This document shows, one piece after another, positions 60,341 through 64,000 of a stretch of 64,000 nt of DNA. A model generated the notes under the pieces. It was not told the DNA's origin. It ran no database searches and worked only from the letters and a program-made list of their open reading frames with translations. Numbering within the stretch: the first letter of the stretch is position 1; the number at the start of each line of letters is the position of its first letter. The position numbers were made by a program, and so were the translations under genes. This stretch comes from an uncultured archaeon (GTDB taxonomy: Archaea > Thermoproteota > Nitrososphaeria > Nitrososphaerales > Gagatemarchaeaceae): the NCBI GenBank assembly GCA_963799775.1, contig CAWCYD010000003.1, positions 1,216,001-1,280,000 on the forward strand. The letters are read 5' to 3'.

Positions 60341-60706
60341 GTGTTCTGTCCAAAGTGTGGAACGCAGAACGCGGACGGCGCCGCTTTTTGCGTAAGCTGC
60401 GGCCAGAGTCTTTCCGCAGCGCCGCGAGCAGATTCGGCGGGGCCGTCACTAGGGGACAGGAGCTCGAACAAGAACCCCTGGATCGCGGCGATTCTGAACC
60501 TATTATGGGGCTTGGGCTATGTCTACCTCGGCTTGAAGAAGGTACTGGGAGTTCCGACGATCGTGTTCGTCATCCTGGCGCTCGTCCTCGACATCATCCT
60601 CGGGATCTTCACCGCTGGGCTTGCGAGCCTCGCCTTGGCGATACTGCTCGCGGTAGACGGCTGGCAGAAGGCCAAAGGCGGCAAGGGATTCGTCAGCGCA
60701 GAATAG
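60341..60706 (+). CDS. Zinc-ribbon plus TM2-like membrane protein
   Basis: FCPKCG...FCVSCG, KNPWIAAIL..GLGYVYLG. Confidence 0.8.
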   Translation: MFCPKCGTQNADGAAFCVSCGQSLSAAPRADSAGPSLGDRSSNKNPWIAAILNLLWGLGYVYLGLKKVLGVPTIVFVILALVLDIILGIFTAGLASLALAILLAVDGWQKAKGGKGFVSAE

Positions 60707-60822
60707 GTAGCGGCTGTCCGAGAATCACGTCGCCTATTCCGCCGCCCGATGTGGATGGTCAGAACGGCGCGACCGGCTGTGGCCGAGAAGCCTGCTTCCG
60801 GTGGACGGGGGTCATGTCGACA

Positions 60823-60888
60823 GGTACCTTTCCCCCTTTAGCAGCCTCATCGCCATGATGAAGAGCGCCATGTAGTGTGAGTCCATCC
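60823..60888 (-). repeat. Orphan copy of the 3' end of the NUDIX gene
   Basis: CCCCTTTAGCAGCCTCATCGCCATGATGAAGAGCG..ATGTAGT..GAGTCCATC also present at about 62784-62848. Confidence 0.85.
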
Positions 60889-60956
60889 CCTGACGCGAGC
60901 CTCTCTAGACGGACATCGGAAACCTGTATAGCCCTCTGCCGCCCGAGACTATTCCC

Positions 60957-61280
60957 TTGCCGACCTGCCCAAAGTGCGGTAAGTTCATCAGCGAGAGCCA
61001 CTATGAGAGGCACCTCCGGCGCTGCGGCATCGAACGAGATGAAGAGCCTCGGATTACAAGCCAGTCGGTGGCGCGAATGCTCGAAAGCCGCGAGCAACGG
61101 AACGAGCCCGGCCACCCGACCGAGGAGCAACATGCTGGGACCCACGCGGGAACTGACTATCCGCCCGACGAAGAGCCCCGCGGGACGAACTGGACCAAGG
61201 TCGCCGCCTACTTTGTCATATTCCTGCTAATCGGCTCCACCGTGGTCTTCTTCTTGCTCTACTTTCTCTCCGTACTCTGA
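60957..61280 (+). CDS. Zinc-finger tail-anchored membrane protein (paralog 1)
   Basis: CPKC...HLRRC; C-terminal NWTKVAAYFVIFLLIGS. Confidence 0.7.
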   Translation: MPTCPKCGKFISESHYERHLRRCGIERDEEPRITSQSVARMLESREQRNEPGHPTEEQHAGTHAGTDYPPDEEPRGTNWTKVAAYFVIFLLIGSTVVFFLLYFLSVL

Positions 61281-61297
61281 GGCGGGGTTCACAGGCG

Positions 61298-61468
61298 ATG
61301 TCCACCTCCCAGACTTTGGAAGAGGAGCCATACGAGTGGGCGTACGACGCCCCCCAGGGCAAGTGGGTCAAGGTCACGGCGAAGAACAGCAACGGGAGGA
61401 AGTGCGGCCGCTGCGGGTGTGCGTGCCCGTGCAACTGCCCCGACTGTCTCCACCATTGCTGCTCGTAG
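61298..61468 (+). CDS. Metallothionein-like Cys-rich peptide (56 aa, not in the ORF track)
   Basis: Manual translation ends KCGRCGCACPCNCPDCLHHCCS. Confidence 0.6.
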   Translation: MSTSQTLEEEPYEWAYDAPQGKWVKVTAKNSNGRKCGRCGCACPCNCPDCLHHCCS

Positions 61469-61876
61469 GGCGCCTCGTCACCTTGAATGGGCGTTGAGGC
61501 AGCGGACCGCCTCGTCGGTGACCAGTATCCGGTCGGCTGTGACCGTCTCCTCGACGGTGAAGGAGACGATCCTCACGAACCGCAGGCCCGCCAGGTCGCG
61601 CGCGGCCACGGCGGTCTGGACTCCTTTCGATGGTGAGCTTGAGCTCGACCTTCTTGTCAGGCATCAAGGCGCGCTTGCTCGGGATACGCCCTAAAGGCCG
61701 GGGCGGACAAGAATTCTTTACCAGGGACTCGGGGCCCCGGACTTCGGGGAAGGTTATCAGAAGGCGTAATCCGCCGCCCAACATTTTTTAGGTCGGAAAG
61801 GTTGCTGCGCGAGAAGAGGGTTTGTCCTCATGCTGAGGAAGAGTCGCTCCCGTGCAGAATGGCCTGGTGGTCCTCG

Positions 61877-62302
61877 ATGAGCGAATCCGATGAAAATGAG
61901 AGGTACTATTCGGCGCTCGGCCTTCCTCCAGACGCCACCTTCGAACAGGTGAAAGCGAGGTTCAGGGAGCTCAACGACGCGTATCTCAAGATACTCGAGC
62001 TGTCGCGGGCGACAAAGGCCGGCACACCCCTTCAGGCCTCCTCGACCGATGAGGAAACAGGCCAACACGCACCGCAACTCGATGCAAATCCAAAGCAGCG
62101 GTTCTCGCCTGCTCCAGAGACGCACACCGAGCCGATATGGAAGCTCAAGGAAAGATTCGCGAAAGGAGGCATTCAGAAAGCCGAGTTCGAGAAACGGGCG
62201 AAAGACCGCTGGAACTATCTCAAGAGCAGACCCTTCAGCGAGCTGACAGACGCCGAATACGAAGAGAGGCTAAAGGGGTTTGACGGGCTGAAGTTTCTAT
62301 GA
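61877..62302 (+). CDS. Truncated J-domain-like plus SHOCT-like protein
   Basis: YYSALGLPPDATFEQVKARFREL without HPD; LKERFAKGGIQKAEFE. Confidence 0.55.
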   Translation: MSESDENERYYSALGLPPDATFEQVKARFRELNDAYLKILELSRATKAGTPLQASSTDEETGQHAPQLDANPKQRFSPAPETHTEPIWKLKERFAKGGIQKAEFEKRAKDRWNYLKSRPFSELTDAEYEERLKGFDGLKFL

Positions 62303-62496
62303 CGATAGACGCCAAATTTCCGCAACTCCCATGGGGGATGTTTCCTTCTCCCCGGGTTTGTCGTCCGCCCTGCTCGAGACAGGTCTCGAGTCTTATGGGA
62401 AAGGTGGGGAGCCTATATGTTAACCGAGTCTAGCCGCGGAAGCCGGATAGGCGTTTAAATATTGCAAACAGATATTTTGTCGATTAGGTGTGCGAG

Positions 62497-62643
62497 ATGC
62501 TCACAGAAGAAGAGCGAAAGAGAGTCAGAAAAATCCTCGACGACCCGGTGAAGAGCGAGGAGCATGCGAATAGGGCGATAGACGCATGGATCCTCCAGAG
62601 AAAGATCTCCCGGAAATCCTCGAAAAGCTCGAGAAAACCCTGA
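62497..62643 (+). CDS. Small protein paralog B (48 aa)
   Basis: MLTEEERKRVRKILDDPVKSEEHANRAIDAWILQRK...; TTTAAATA upstream. Confidence 0.55.
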   Translation: MLTEEERKRVRKILDDPVKSEEHANRAIDAWILQRKISRKSSKSSRKP

Positions 62644-62772
62644 TGAAGCGCATTCCTCTCGCATATGAGAAAAGTCCCGACGACCTCTTCGATGAGCTAT
62701 CGGCGCTGGACTTAGTCTGGTCGTTAAAGGAGAGAATCACGCACAAGGCGTAGGCCCCTATGCGAGGGCGTT

Positions 62773-63423
62773 TCAGATTGAGAGGTACCTGTCCCCCTTT
62801 AGCAGCCTCATCGCCATGATGAAGAGCGTCATGTAGTACGAGTCCATCTTTGGGACGAAGCTCCCCTTCGTGACCTCCAGCTTCGCCTCCGTCGCCTTCC
62901 CCGCCCTGTCCCACTCGACCCCCGCCGCCTTGATCTTCTTCGCCCGCCCCGAGAAGAGCCTCAGGCCGTCCCATATCCTCACCTCCACGAGCGCCCGGAC
63001 CTCGAGCGGGTCTACCCTATAGGCCCGGAGCGGCCGGTCGTCCCTGATGAAGAAGACCTCGGCTATCTCCCGCTTCGAGAGCCCGTCGAAGCCCGACACG
63101 TCGACCCGGCTCCCCAGGGGGACGAGCTTCTCCACGCCAGGGGCGATGCCAATCTCCTCCTTTATCTCCCGCGCCACGTCCTCGAGCTGCTCCCCGGCCT
63201 TGTAGTGCCCGCCGACCGTGCTGTCGAGTAGGCCCGCGAAGGTGGGCTTGTCCTCACTCCTCACCTGGAAGATCACCGCCCCGCCCTTCCTTTTCGTTAC
63301 TATCCAGCAGTGGAGGTTGAGGTGCCAGAGGCCCTTCCTGTGGGCCTCGTTGCGCGTGACCACCCCGATCTTCTTCAGGGACTCGTCGTAGACGTCCACC
63401 GGCTCGTCGTCGGGCGATTCCAA
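62773..63423 (-). CDS. NUDIX hydrolase (IPP-isomerase type 1-like)
   Basis: AHRKGLWH, FQVRS..K, GGHYKAGE...REIKEEIGI. Confidence 0.85.
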   Translation of the reverse strand: MESPDDEPVDVYDESLKKIGVVTRNEAHRKGLWHLNLHCWIVTKRKGGAVIFQVRSEDKPTFAGLLDSTVGGHYKAGEQLEDVAREIKEEIGIAPGVEKLVPLGSRVDVSGFDGLSKREIAEVFFIRDDRPLRAYRVDPLEVRALVEVRIWDGLRLFSGRAKKIKAAGVEWDRAGKATEAKLEVTKGSFVPKMDSYYMTLFIMAMRLLKGDRYLSI

Positions 63424-63543
63424 TACCGTCTCGCCGAGGTGCTGGCCGCTGATAAACGTGAACTCGACTCTTGCACTGTGAGGTGGCCTGTTGGAGAGGA
63501 CTTTGGAAACACGTATAGGCCTCTGGCCGACCACGACCATTAT

Positions 63544-63750
63544 TTGTCGACCTGTCCCAGGCCCCATTCCTTCCATGCCACCCTGGCGACCCCGCGGACA
63601 GAAAGTCCGGAAAAGGGGGACGACTACGGCCCTCCCAGCCCGGAGCAGGGCGGGATAAACTGGACGAAGGTCGCCGCGTTATTCGTCCTGTTCCTCCTCA
63701 TCGGCTCCTTGGTGATCTTCTTCGTCCTCTACGCCCTCTCGCTGATGTGA
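63544..63750 (+). CDS. Tail-anchored membrane protein (paralog 2 of 60957-61280, internally shorter)
   Basis: TTG start STCP; C-terminal NWTKVAALFVLFLLIGS; homologous upstream region. Confidence 0.6.
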   Translation: MSTCPRPHSFHATLATPRTESPEKGDDYGPPSPEQGGINWTKVAALFVLFLLIGSLVIFFVLYALSLM

Positions 63751-64000
63751 GCGTCAGGGACCCGCTACGGCCAGCGAGCTCCTCGCCCTTTGTGGGCGCC
63801 TCCCAACCCTGAATAATGGGTGGGATAATGGATGGGAGAGATGCGCCCCGCGCGGCTCGTTCCTTTCCTGATGCCTGCGGCCTCGCTCGTCGGCGAATCC
63901 CTGATGTCGCGACAGCTGGACACCCAATCTGGACGTCGGGCTCGCCCTGCCGGTCGCCTTTGGCCTGGCCTTCTGGGGAATCTTGGATGAGCGATACGGA

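Overview
High-GC archaeal chromosome segment. Core genes are archaeal-type: Orc1/Cdc6, RFC large subunit, DGGGP synthase, tRNA splicing endonuclease, aEF-2, PAC2, a SAMP-like protein and the AmmeMemoRadiSam trio. The gene set and a PEF-CTERM protein suggest a non-ammonia-oxidising Nitrososphaerota/Thermoproteota lineage (inference). The window has three parts: an accessory left arm (1-23.7 kb), a core block (23.7-57.1 kb) and an accessory right arm with duplicated small genes (57.2-64 kb). The most striking structure lies downstream of a minus-strand tRNA-Arg(TCG) gene (23724-23798): a ~13 kb array in which about 12 copies of the tRNA 3' end (+ strand consensus TGGCGGGCCCGGCAGG) separate 0.5-2.3 kb cassettes of 1-3 unrelated genes. 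Cassettes include a Rieske ferredoxin, a divergent ftsZ, an ACT protein, VapBC, an AbiE-like TA pair, a DCC protein, a histidine phosphatase, a TIM-barrel hydrolase and a surface protein. Most copies are fused to one of three conserved, palindrome-rich arm families, and no integrase is encoded in the window, so the locus reads as an integron-like, tRNA-anchored cassette array. Other notable items: an intein with a DUF559/Vsr-like endonuclease inside the radical-SAM CxxxCxxC motif, an EF-2 with HRT in place of HRG and a foreign-looking codon patch, an ORB-like motif beside cdc6, and an unannotated metallothionein-like ORF. Many genes carry single-base frameshifts, probably long-read errors. All coordinates and alignments were done by eye.
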